Shown here piece by piece: positions 1 through 11,546 of a stretch of 64,000 bases of DNA; the first letter of the stretch is position 1; every line of letters begins with the position of its first letter. The notes under the pieces were generated by a model. The model did not search any database, was not told where the DNA came from, and worked only from the letters and a program-made list of their open reading frames with translations. The position numbers and the translations under genes were made by a program. The stretch comes from Gordius albopunctatus. Taxonomy: Eukaryota. The DNA lies in assembly GCA_964276515.1 (NCBI GenBank), contig OZ193909.1:5146001-5210000 (forward strand). The letters are read 5' to 3'.

Positions 1-480
1 GTTGGGCACAGAAATTAATGAGTGATCCTTATAGCTTCATACCTAATTGTAATTCGGATGGAACATATTCTGGCAAACAGTGCCATAAGCATAGGTTAAA
101 TAAAAAGCCTCATTTTATATTTATTAAGTTTAATTGTTATTAATGTTTTAAAAACGGGAAAATTTTTTGACTAATAAAAAAGTTGGCCTTATTTCAACTA
201 TAGACATAAGCAGACCTCATGAATCATAAAGCAAACACTGATTTAATGAATGATCAAAATAAATCCATAATAAAAGTTGAAATAATGTTAGTTTAAGTTC
301 TAAACTTACGAAATAATAATAAAAATTAATTATTTTATTTTTTATAAGTTTATTATAACTTGCTAAAGGTGTTGGTGCGTAAATCCTAAAGGTGAAATGG
401 TTGAATCAAACGTGGAATCTGATTTGTTGTACCATACTGGAATTGCTGCAATAATTATGATTTGCAAACAGAATGTTATA
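1..480 (+). CDS. Thyroglobulin type-1 domain-containing protein, partial (5' part lies outside the window; 3' end unresolved)
   Basis: Exon 1-94 reads WAQKLMSDPYSFIPNCNSDGTYSGKQCHKH. A GT-AG intron at 95-368 joins it in phase to R-CWCVNPKGEM. The P-x-C-x2-DG-x-Y...QC...CWCV pattern is the thyroglobulin type-1 signature. Confidence 0.8.
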
Positions 481-914
481 TAGAGATGGGATATATAAAA
501 ATTGGATTTAGTGGCACACATTTTAAAGAATGAATTACTTAATATAAACCAGTGCGAGTTTGGACACAAAAAGTTTTTACCATTTGCTGTGCAATATAAA
601 ACAATTATGAATAGTATATTAATTTTAAAAGGATATACCGATTTATTATTATTATGGCAAAAGATTGAAATAAATGCTAGTAACCCTATTTAATTTGGAA
701 ATTTGAATCAAAGAAATCATTTTTATCTAAATTTTATATACAACAATCTCATATATTCCCTTCTTTTTTATATTTTTTTAAATTCATATGCTTTTATTTT
801 TTTTCATGGTTAAAAAGTTTATTTTTACGAAACAAAGTTACATAAATGAGCGAAATACAAAAATAAAGACATATTGGTTAAATACAAAGATCTATATCAT
901 TATCTTCTAAAATT

Positions 915-2460
915 GGCTATGCATGAGTCGGCAAAAGATTTAAAGTTGTATCGTATAACAAGAATCCCTAGTTGTTGCCCCAGTAAAAAGGAGGCAGAAA
1001 TTTTAGATTTCGGTTAGCGTTTTCCGATTTCTTCAAAAAAACATTGCCCGTTTATCAAAGGAACCGGATCACGAGGCAACGACAGGGATAAAAATATTTG
1101 ATGCCAAAAGTGCAGGGTACTTTGTAGTTTTACGCCCTTCTACTGTAGCGATAGGGTCGTAATTAAAATGGGAAGGGGCAAATAGGCCAATACAAGTGAA
1201 ATCCCATTTGAGGGATAGGCCATTTTGCCAGGGGACTAAAGAAGAGCCGTCAGGGTGCATCCTACCTTCAAGAGAGGGATATGACGGCTCAAGGATTGAG
1301 GGGATTTTTGCCCTTTTAAGGGTAGCTTGAATTAATAAATTAGCTTTAGTGTGCCTAACATATTTATATTTGTTTGCCAGGCAGTGTAGAGGGTGCCTAG
1401 CATATTAATCGTCTACAAGGGTAAGACAATTTCGACAATTGAATTCTCTGCTGTATCTAATCCTAGCTAAGGAATATGATAGCTCAAAGTTTTCAAGCAG
1501 CATTCCCAAAAGTTAGCTGGGATAGGCTTCAAGCCACTTGTGACCGGAACCATCAAAAGCGAGGGACCTAAGGTTGTAATGCTGGCTATCATCGCTGCTC
1601 CATAAAAGGTAATCAACGGAGCGCGATACTAGTCCAGAATCCCAATCCTTTTGTCTAGTACTTTGAGGTTGAATGATCTCGGGTGTGACATTCAAATTTC
1701 AGAGGTCCAAGGCTTGAGTTAGCAGAGGGTCGGAATCATGTGTTGTGAGATTAAAAATTAAGTTTTGGACCGACTTAAAAGAGGAAATAAAAGCAGATAG
1801 CGATATGCTGCCGGGAGGACGAATTCCTAATCCTTCAGATTTGGTCGAGAGGGATGCTTCAATCCAATTGTTAGTATTAAATTAAAAATTTTTTCTAATA
1901 AAGTTTTTAAAAAGCCTTCGTACGACTTTAAAACGTCTAGGTGTAAAAATGCACCACATGAGCGAAAACAATGATTAATCTTTGAAATGTTAAAATAGTT
2001 TTTGATTATGTAAAAAGAGTGATGTGCAGGCAAGCATTTTAAAAGTTCCGTTTTAGATTTTAAAATTTCAAGTTTCATCGCCAATGGGTGATCCCAAAAG
2101 GTATATGTTTTCTCTCTCTAAAACTAAAAAGTCAATCGTGTTGGGGGCCTGAAATATTTCACATATTTTCGAGTTTAATTTAAGATTTAGAGTGGGTTTA
2201 AAATTTTTGATGATTTATATAGCTTTACTAATCTCCTCCGGGCGGCCACATAGGGTGGCGTCGTCGAGATACCAAACATATAAATCGAGGGTACACTGAG
2301 ATGATATAGCCTCGACTAAATTATGAATGGCTAAACAAAATAAAGGAGAGCCTAACGGATCTCCTTGTTGGATGCCTTCGGATGAGTCAATGACGCATTC
2401 GCCGAATCGAAGCTTGGTTGTAGAACCATAGCTTAATAAAATGTAATTTAATAAAATATA
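915..2460 (-). mobile_element. Decayed non-LTR retrotransposon, CRE-like clade (RT + CCHC + restriction-like endonuclease), 5'-truncated
   Basis: RT motifs GIQQGDPLGSPLFCLAI and WYLDDATL (2215-2466). Zinc knuckle CRNC...HPLHC followed by RH (~1350-1440). RLE motif HPDGSSLVPWQNGLSLKWDFTC (1069-1260). Stops and frameshifts throughout. Confidence 0.85.
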
Positions 2461-2949
2461 TAACAAACGAGCATAAAAATATAAATGAAAAACTATTCAT
2501 CAGATTCGTCAATAAGCAAGGGCCATGTGTCGATATAGACTTTTAATTATATTTTGCAATTAATCCCACTTTTTTGACGTAAAATAACGCTTGGTGAGTA
2601 AGCTTTAAGGGATCTGTTTCATATCGATTTAAAAAATGCCACTTTCTCGCCAAAAGTGGCGGAACAGTAAGCTACTATTGGAATAAAAAATTTAAATTGA
2701 ACTAGCTATTTGAGAGTTTTACGATCTTCCGTACAAGAAAGTGGGTTTACGAAGATATACATGCAAGTAAAGTTCCAAGATAGGAACTCACCCCCCCCCC
2801 CCTCCCCCGGGGATTATAGATACTCCATCAGGACACATGTCCTACCTTTCAGAAAAGAATCGGATGTTTCATGGATAGACGGAATGCCGGCTTTTTTTAA
2901 AGGTGATTAAATCTAAATATTTAATTATTTGGTGACGAATAAAGAGATA

Positions 2950-4990
2950 TTTATTTAGCTTGTAATGGAGTGAGTGATGAGCCCTCGTATCTATTTTCTT
3001 GTTGCAATTTTTGGCAGGGATATTCTCTGGTAATTTTAATACCTAGTCGCATGGTTATTGCATACAAGATTTCTGTATGTGAGGGCTAAAGTCCTAAGTA
3101 TCAACTTGGGATGTATTCCGGCCATTCGTAACCAGAATTGGTCGTAATTGACCTGAGATAAAATCTGCACTGTATCACAACTCGAAAGTAGGTAATCGAC
3201 GGATGATACTATTTTGGCATCCAAATCTCTTTGTTTGGCCGACTCTGGTATGCTGGTTTGTGGTATAACGTTTTCGTGTCAAGACGATATGGTTGAGGGT
3301 TAATTTAGATACAAGATCCTTCACAGATTGAAAGGACGAGATAAGTGCCACATGGGAAATAGTCAATGGGGACCTGATTCCTAAATAGTGTCTCGATCTC
3401 GTCTCGTCTCGACTTTTTAAAAAATCCTGTTTTATTAAAAATATCAAATAAGTGTTAAAAAAATCCAAATGGCAAACCTTTATATTTTTTGAAAAACTTT
3501 AATATGCAACCTTTTTAAAGATTTAGCGAGACACGACATCTCATTGACAATATAAAGATATAAATGAATTTATAAATATAACATTTTCGATGGAGAGCGC
3601 AGACAAAAAAATATTAATAAATTTGAATTATAGATAATTTAATTTTATTGTTCTAGCAAATTAAAACATTTGTATCAAATTCACTGTGTTTGTCAACCAT
3701 AAATAGACTTAGAAAATTACCTGGCTAAAGCTTCAAAGATCTTAATATATTTAAGACAATTATTACACGTTTACTATACCGTTATAAACCACAAAGTGCT
3801 AGTGACTTTTAATGATAATATTATTTACAGAATCGATAACTAGTTGCACATATTAAAACGTTGTAAAAACAACAATAAAAGCAGCATTATTATAGGATTA
3901 AGAACATAAGGTTTTAAACTTTAAATTAAAGTCTACGTATTTAAATTTATGACAAAAATCATTATAATCAAATTATTTTAAATAATTACCTTCCAATTCT
4001 ATCTAGATTTGCCATTAAATAGTTATTTATCTAATACAGTATAGATTCCTGCATTTATTTTGTATTGCACAATTATAAAAATTATAGTCCTAGTTTATAA
4101 TGTGAAAAGTAATGCATATGACAAAACTATGCATTAAATTTTGGGAGATGTACTATTAGCTGAAGGTTAAAAACTTTTATAAAACTCATAATTTAAGATC
4201 TAATCTATTATGATGCCATTAAATACTCTATGTACTTTTAAATCGTCAGGCGGGTACTCAAAAATTTCGAGTCACCTTAGCTTAACTTATTTAATTATTC
4301 AAACTGATTGACCATTAATTTATAATTACGCATCATGCATGATGAGTAACAGCAAAATTCAAATATGCTTTAGTGGTATTTACTATTCCATCAGAACTCA
4401 TTCTAAGCCTAAATTTTTGTAATATTTAATAATGCTATGGATACAAATATGTGATAAATCGATTATAAAATTATTCACATACCCTAAGGGTCAACCAAAC
4501 TTAGGTAAATTATTTCCAAATTTTAAATTTTTTGCAAAAATATATAATATTTACTACACTTAGAATTTTTTTTAATATCAAATATATTCCACACATATTG
4601 ATTTACACTTAATACCTTAAATGTAAATCATGCAAATTAAAATACACAATAATTTACTAAAATCCAACGATCATAAAAAGTCGAGATCTCATCGAAAAAA
4701 TCTCGTATCGTCTCGACATCAAAATTCTCCTCTCGATCTCAACGAGATTTTTCTCGGTTTTTCCTCATCACTATTGCTAAGACCCCAAATTTGTTTGGAA
4801 GGGTGGTTGGTCAACTGATATTATCAAAAGATGGATTTAAAATTTTCTATGAGATCTTTCATTGTAGATTCATAAAAATTTTAAAATATCTGTATCTAAA
4901 AAAGCGGCAGTTGATCTAAACTGCTGAATTTGGAGATGTTAAATAATTTTTATATCATAATAAAATACTGGCAGCTATAAATACATTTTA
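2950..4990 (-). mobile_element. Second, more diverged CRE-like retrotransposon fragment, split by a hAT insertion
   Basis: LGIRSPLTISHVALISSFQSVKDLVSKLT parallels LGIRPPGSISLSAFISSFKSVQNLIFNLT in copy 1, and VSSVDYLL parallels VSRSVDYLL. Similarity to copy 1 resumes after 4773. Confidence 0.7.
3386..4773. mobile_element. Non-autonomous hAT-type DNA transposon (deletion derivative of the family at 20904-24508)
   Basis: Termini TAGTG...CACTA with subterminal TCTCG repeats. Degenerate 8-bp TSD ttcctaaa/ttgctaag. Shares internal blocks (e.g. ataccctaagggt) with the 20.9-24.5 kb element. Confidence 0.7.
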
Positions 4991-5141
4991 ATTTTTTTAC
5001 TGTGTGCATTCAAAGCATTTTTTAAAATTAATTAGCATGCTGAGTGCACTGTTTTTTTATTTCCATATCAAAATTGTAGATCAAAGATATTTTTGTACCT
5101 TTTTGCTATAATCCTTTTAAAGCAAATTTAAAATTATAAAC

Positions 5142-7688
5142 ATGCAAAGTGCGCTCTTTCATCTAGCAAATATTTCGTTTATCATTGGGTATTTATTCCC
5201 ATATGGAAATTTATATATAAATATTGCTGTTCGCTTATTTTTTATTATAGGTACATGTAAGACATCATCATTTTAGATTCACCTAAAAAATATTATTAAA
5301 TAATCTTTAATTGCTAATATAAGGCTCACTTTTCTCGTCTTATTGGGCCTGGAATATAATATGCTCCCCTGAATTGTTTGGCTGGAATTTTTTGTATGTG
5401 ATAATAAATATGGCGCAACTTCTATTTTCATTATATAAAGTTGGTCCACCAAAACTTATACAAGGACTTAATGAATTATACACATTGAAATTCCAACCTT
5501 TAAATGTAATATTTGATTGTGTTTATTTAAAATTTAAAAGATTGACAAAATAGTGTTTTTAAAGCTTGTGAATTCAAATATGTGTTCAATACATAATATG
5601 AGAGCTGGAGAAACATATGCTTTGAAAAATTTTTCTTTGAGCAACAAGTTATCAATTTTATTAAAAGGAAGGTATAATAATGATCTTTTATTTAAATTTC
5701 ATAAGAATAACTGTTTTTGATAAGGAGATGATGTTATACCATATTTACCCCTATGAGTTTTTGGATGCAACTGAATATCAATCATTTGCTGGGAATGATG
5801 ATCATTTTCAAGTATTTTATAGATTAAATATATATTTAATATATTTTGGCTTAAAGGTTAGTTTATTTGCAAGTCAGGAAAGCATGTATATATGTTGGGA
5901 GAGAAAAATAATCGACCAATATTTTGTTAAACATCCTGAGTTAAGGCATGCAATGAAACTTCTTATGAATAATGACACCATTGTCAAAATGTATAGATTG
6001 AACAAACAAGTAATTATCACTGGTGTTGCTTTATTTTTTTTAATTTAATTTTAAATGAAATTATTGAACTTCTTCATGTTAAAAAATGAGGATTTTAGAC
6101 TGATCATGGTATAGATGTATACCTTATATATTTCGTGATGTCTAAAATATTTAGCTTTTTTGGAATTATACTATTTTGGTTATAAACGTTCATATAGCTG
6201 AAATCACACCAGGGAATAGTTTAATATCCGTTTATTATAATAAAAACTGCTCTAAATTAATATGCTTGCATTTAATATTTTGTGGTAAATTAGTAATTAA
6301 ATAATCAGTTACCAAATAATTGTAAAATATTTGAAAACTTGCCAAGATGATCAATAAATTGATAATTTACTAATACATAATATATTTTAAGATGGCGGTA
6401 TAATTAATAATCAAATAAAAAAGTAATAAATAAATATTCACAAAATAAATTTAATTAGAATAAAGATCCTACAACGTTTTGAAATCATAAGTGCATTGAT
6501 CCAAAATGTCTAAATTTTTAAAAGTTATTAAATAATATAAGGTCTACAGCTTTAGTTAAAAACATAGTTTCAGATGATCGGTAGAAGACGATTTAAATTG
6601 TGATCTAAAAGGCCTCTTTTTACCCTGGTTAAATCTAGCCTGCCCGGACGGCCTGACCTGGTATGACGGACCAAAATTTTTAAAAATTCGGGCTAGGGTC
6701 TGGCATGATGGACCAGGTCGACCGGGGGCTCAGCTCGGCCCGAAACAAACATTTAAAAATTAATTTAAATAAATAACCTAACTTTCTACATAATTTAGCT
6801 TTTCAAACCTCAGCTTTACATCCCTGTTTTAATTATTTGTGTTTATAAAAATTTTTAAATATTAAAAACGAAAAAGTTGGACATGGACAAACGCACCCTA
6901 CGGAAGAGAAATTGGGAATCAGTTAATTTTCTCCTCCCCTTAATTTATACCTATATTCGCAACTCTATTTATATGGGAGAATAAATTTTAAATATAAGAT
7001 TTGCATAATATCGCGTTTTGATAAAGATGCGGTCGCCCTCGGGTCAGGTCAGGTCAAAAATTAAAAAAAGATTCAGGCAGGGGCTCGTAAAAATTTAAAA
7101 CAAAAGAATCGAACTCGGACCAGTGAGAAGCTATTTCTAGCAGCATAACACACGTTTTTTATGCATAACTTTAATTAAAGAGTGCTCATTTATTATAAAT
7201 ATTTAGAGGTCGGTAAATTCAAAAGAAAATGTAATTGAGTTGTTTTAAGAATAGTTGTCATACTACCACTTTAGGTTAGAAACAAATATCAGCAAAACAT
7301 CGACATCCGGTTGCAACTTATGTCGTCGCTCTATCTTAAACCTGAGAAATCTGAGGCAATGAATTTCGCCGATAGCGATCAGGAAAAATTTAAAGAATGC
7401 TTTATGCATTCCATCAATAACAATAGCGAACCAGAATATCAATATGAACTCCACACCAATGAACTACCAATTTTACCTAAAGCCCCTAGTCTCATGCAAA
7501 AATCGACGCAATTCTTAAGAGAAAAGTTACAAATTTTGTTTGGGTTAAAAACCAGTGCACCAGAATTAGTTTTGTCTGAGGATTTAGGCGAAAAGGATGA
7601 ATTTACTTTTGCCGACCTCTTGGTCATGCGTAAGAAGCTTAGGATGGAACATAGTGTCAGACTGGCCCTTAACTTGCCTACCCATTAA
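5142..7688 (+). CDS. bves: Popeye domain-containing protein (BVES/POPDC family), about 364 aa
   Basis: Exons 5142-5250, 5324-5505, 5541-5671, 5706-5811, 5857-6009 and 7275-7688 join in phase (1095 nt). Motifs: LFHLANISFIIG, WAWNIICSPELFGWN, LSILLKGR, HIYPYEFLDATE, FQVS, CWER, KMYRLN...DIRL. The start codon is tentative. Confidence 0.88.
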
Positions 7689-8761
7689 ATGATGTCGGGC
7701 CGGGTCTTTGTTATATACCTTCCAACACGCTTTTCAAAATGTGCTGCGCTTTTGTGTGCCTTCTTCTTTCTCTATTTCGTGTGTGCATTATGAGGGTGGC
7801 CAAGGGCTCGACCTTTACTCCGTATGACCCTCTATTTACTAGGCCATATTGAAATGTAAATACCTGGCAGAATTATGAACGGCCTGACTACGTCCGAAGT
7901 GAAAAAACGGTCGCCCAGGCTTCGGTTACAAATTTACAAATATTTCCTACAGCATTCACTAAAGAACTCCTTTGTTTCATCCTCCTGGCATTTAAAAGCC
8001 CTAAAAAATTCTCGACCTTAAATATTTCGATAAATTACCATTTAACTGAATAAACTCATCGATTCCCTGGCTATGACAGCCAAATACAAATTAATCGATT
8101 AGCACTTATTTAATAACTCAAAATTCTAATTTAAACTCGCGCTGTCGATCCTATGTAGTCCCAATATCAAATTCAGGCATAGAAGCGATCGAATCTTGAA
8201 TGCAATATAAAATTTTAAGTTAAAAAATTTAAGCTAAAATTTTGTGCTTGTACGCAAAATCGATATTATTTGGGACAAAGACCTTTATAGCTTAGAAGCG
8301 AAGTTTTACGTTTTTTGTCCTACTCGTCTTCCTTGATCAATGCAACGTAAATCTTTTGTGACTTATTTTTATATTTGTTATTTCATACGATGTGTACGTA
8401 AGCTTAAATAAAGAAAATTTATTGCTTTAAAATTTTATAAAGCTTTTTGGTATAAATAAATGAATCATGAACACAGTAAGAATTATATATTTAGCCGAAA
8501 ATAAGCTTAAGTTTATTTTAAATGTAACGCGCTAAGATATATTGTTGAATTAATTAGCGTAAATATAAGAAGCGAGGGGGAAGAAATATTGGGAAAAGTT
8601 TTTGACGCGAGGTTATTAAACGAAGAGGGAAAAAATTTTGATAACGTTTTTTAAGACAAAAATTAAATTATATGTGTGGAACGCCGTCTTGTTCCTTTTA
8701 TGTTGTGGTCGAGGGAGGGGTGGGGGCGGTAAGGGCAAGAGTTCATATCTTCATATCGCAG

Positions 8762-8995
8762 CTTCCAATAAATGGCAGACGACTTTGTTGTTGAATTACC
8801 GGATAAAATCTTCTGCTTCTAATTAAACGATGCTTTAGGGTCAGGGTCCATGACTCGTATACTACACTTCCAATAAATCGCAGACGACTTTGTTGTCGAC
8901 TACCGGATAAAATCGTCTGCTTCTAATTCCTTTAGGGTCAGGGTCAATATTTAAACCATCCTTTAGGGTCAGGGTCAATGACTCGTATATTACAG
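8762..8995. repeat. Tandem duplication of a ~105-bp unit with an internal hairpin and TTTAGGGTCAGGGTC motifs
   Basis: cttccaataaat..gcagacgactttgttgt...ggataaaatc..tctgcttctaatt...tttagggtcagggtc..tgactcgtata occurs twice. The tttagggtcagggtc motif occurs three times. Confidence 0.8.
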
Positions 8996-9272
8996 TAAGT
9001 ACAAAGAATTGCCCGTCTCCTTTTCTTGATCTTGAGACAAACCAGTTATGGATTGGTACCAGTAGATTTTAAATATGCAAAAACTTGTGACGATAGAAAA
9101 CGTTCTATAAAAACAGTTCATTTTGTCTCAGATTTTTATATTATCGAATTATGATACAAATTTATTGCATTGAGTAATATATCTCCCCCTTTAAAAAAGC
9201 AAGGAAACCAAAAAGTTTAATAATAAATTTTGCCATAGAATGTGATACAAGATAACCAGGCAGACCAAGACG

Positions 9273-9506
9273 GTGCTAATAACGGAACTAGTATATACAG
9301 CCAATCGGGAAGCATCGAATTCGGGTTACGAAATACGTCCCACACTGAACAATCTAGCCGTTTTTTATGGGAAACAGGGCAACTACAAGGAAACCGAGAC
9401 ATGGTACAAGAAAATAAATACAAAGGCCGACGACAAAAGTCATGAAGCCACCAACGAAGAAGCCAGGCCGATATGGAAAGTGGCCAAAGAGAGTCAAGAA
9501 AATTGA
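9273..9506 (+). pseudogene. Kinesin light chain-like TPR fragment
   Basis: TLNNLAVFYGKQGNYKETETWYKKINTKADDK...EARPIWKVAKESQE resembles the KLC TPR and the following KPIW motif (NNLA..Y.KQGKY..AE..YK.ILTRA...KPIW..AEERE). It ends in a stop, and no other KLC exons are visible. Confidence 0.6.
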
Positions 9507-9599
9507 AGGGTGGTAATGGCCCTACCGATACTGCCGTTTCTGGGTTCGAGTACAGGATTCGGCATAAATCTTCAGGCAATGTCAATAGCTTGGCGCATG

Positions 9600-10905
9600 A
9601 CAAGGAATTAAAGGCAGGAGTATTCCTTCCGGAGCAACCGGGATGGGTGAGAAAGAAATCGAGTCAAGGTTGGCATGAGGGTTTCATTGCAACAAGAACG
9701 GAACCGTTGTCCTTCTCAGTGGAAGCGGATGGAAGGCTATTGCGGGAGCATGTCGACCAACGAAGGAAGATGTTCTTAGATACACAAAAGCTGTTGCAAG
9801 TGTACCACCGTCAGTTAAGCCTAAACCACCGTCAATACTTATCGAGGAAATATAATTAAAAGCCAAAAAGAAAGGGAGGAGATATGTTATATATTTGAAT
9901 ATTGTAATTTATGTTATATAGCTTAATATAGTATTTTAATGCCAATTCCCAAACGAGACAATTAATCGTTTCGCATTTTAGTTTTTACTTCCATTTCGCC
10001 ATGTTGTTTTTCCAACCGTATCAGATATAACTTACTATATAATAAATCTGTTTCTTAATTGTATCATTAGTTGGCGCTGCGATGACTTCAGAACCGGATT
10101 ACTCTAAACTGGAAAAGATATTCCTTAAGGAATTTGATTCCAGCAGCGAGAATATCGAAGACTTTTTAGATTAGGTGGACGCTCGCCTTGATATTATAGG
10201 ACTATCATCCGATGTGGCAAGGAAAAAGTTGATCAGAGCATTTCTAGGCACAGCCAATTTAAGGAAAGTGTCTCAATTTTTATGTCCAAAACTTTTGAAG
10301 GATGCCATATGGGATGAAATTGTCTCGGCTTTGCGTAAAGTATTTAAAAATACAACTTCGGCATTTGCGGCAAGAATGGAACTGATGCGATCGAAAAGAG
10401 GCTCGGATGAATCGGTTTTGGACCTAAAATCAATTCTATAGTGCAGAATTGCAACTTTAAGGTAGACATAGAGGCACGTATTCGGGATCAGCTGATTTTT
10501 TGAGTGGATATTCAACAGTTAGAACTCGAAATTCGGACAAATTTTCCCAATTGTGAGGAAAAGGACAGAAGTCCTCTCACATTGGAGAAGGTGCTAGACA
10601 TGGTACTAACGATAGAAAGAGCTGAGAAGGAGACTCAGGAAAATATTCCTATGGTTCAAAAGCTATCGAGGACGCAAGGTGACAGGTCTTTTAAATCCGA
10701 CAAGATTTTTAAATGCCAACGTTGCGACAAGAATCATCGTCCAAATCAGTGTCATTCCTTCATGGCGTATTGTAAAAAGTGTAATAGAAGGGGACATTAC
10801 GCTCGGTGTTGTAAAGACGATTCTAAGGTACAGCATGTATATATAACCGGAGAAGATAAGAATGCCGGTTCTATGGATTCAATATGCCAGATTAATCGTC
10901 GAGGG
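9600..10905 (+). mobile_element. Decayed Gypsy/Metaviridae (Mag-like) LTR retrotransposon: integrase C-terminus, PPT, LTR, PBS, gag
   Basis: GWVRK...WHEGFI...PLSFSVEADGRLLREHVDQ is a GPY/F-like integrase tail. Polypurine tract aaagggaggag at 9871-9881. TG...CA LTR at 9885-10066 with AATAAA, followed by a TGGCG PBS-like sequence. Gag starts at ATG 10082, has stops and frameshifts, and carries tandem zinc knuckles CQRCDKNHRPNQC and CKKCNRRGHYARCC. Confidence 0.85.
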
Positions 10906-10907
10906 TA

Positions 10908-11140
10908 TAGTTGTTAAATTGCTAAGCAGCTTCAACTAAAAACGCGAGCACGAACAGTAGCTGGGTAATATGCTAGTTTAGCACAATGAGTGCTAACTGT
11001 TCGGTGCGTTAGTTTTAACAGTAGCACATAAAAAATGCTCGAGAAGTTAGTCGAAGCAGCCAAATCTGTTAAAAAATTTAGCAGGAGCTCGAGCAGGAAA
11101 TTCGAGCAGATAGTAGATTGAATTGCTATTTGTTAAACTT
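10908..11140. mobile_element. Degenerate MITE (same family as 33764-33969) truncating the Gypsy gag-pol
   Basis: Begins gttgttaaattgctaa. Its internal tagcacaatg/ctgttcggtgcg/tgctcgag blocks match the reverse complement of the 33.8 kb copy. Confidence 0.6.
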
Positions 11141-11546
11141 TTTTAGTTACTTACAATATTTGCTCATATTATATATCATAAATAAATTAAGAACTTTGCC
11201 CCCCCCCCCTTTATTTTGTATCCTCTTTCTCAACGGTGGCCCCCATCTCCCCTCTGGTGAGAAAGAGGGGAAGATGATCTAGCATAAAAGATATACGCCG
11301 TTAGATTGTGTCTTATTGCCATAATTTTGCGAATCTTCTTGTTCGCCAGTTTATTGCTTAGTTTGCGATTAATATTACTGAATATAGCTAGAAGACAGAA
11401 GGGAAAATATTGTAACTTCCAGTGCGGTAATTGCTCGATTAGCGCACATCCCTTCCTACCATATAACTAAGATCGAAATCAAGTTGATTTCTGATCTAAA
11501 TAAAGTCAGTAGCTAGAAATTATTTATCATTTCGTTCGGACAAAAC

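Noticed and set aside
6099..6300. Possible terminal exon of the Popeye gene
   Set aside because: It shows no family similarity. Exon 7275-7688 supplies the conserved DIRL motif in the correct phase.
9217..9603. 128-aa minus-strand ORF
   Set aside because: It is the antisense shadow of the KLC-like and Gypsy sequence, with no recognisable motif.
10172..10505. In-frame TAG in gag suggesting readthrough or an alternative genetic code
   Set aside because: The element also has frameshifts and a MITE insertion. Host genes translate cleanly with the standard code, so this is ordinary decay.
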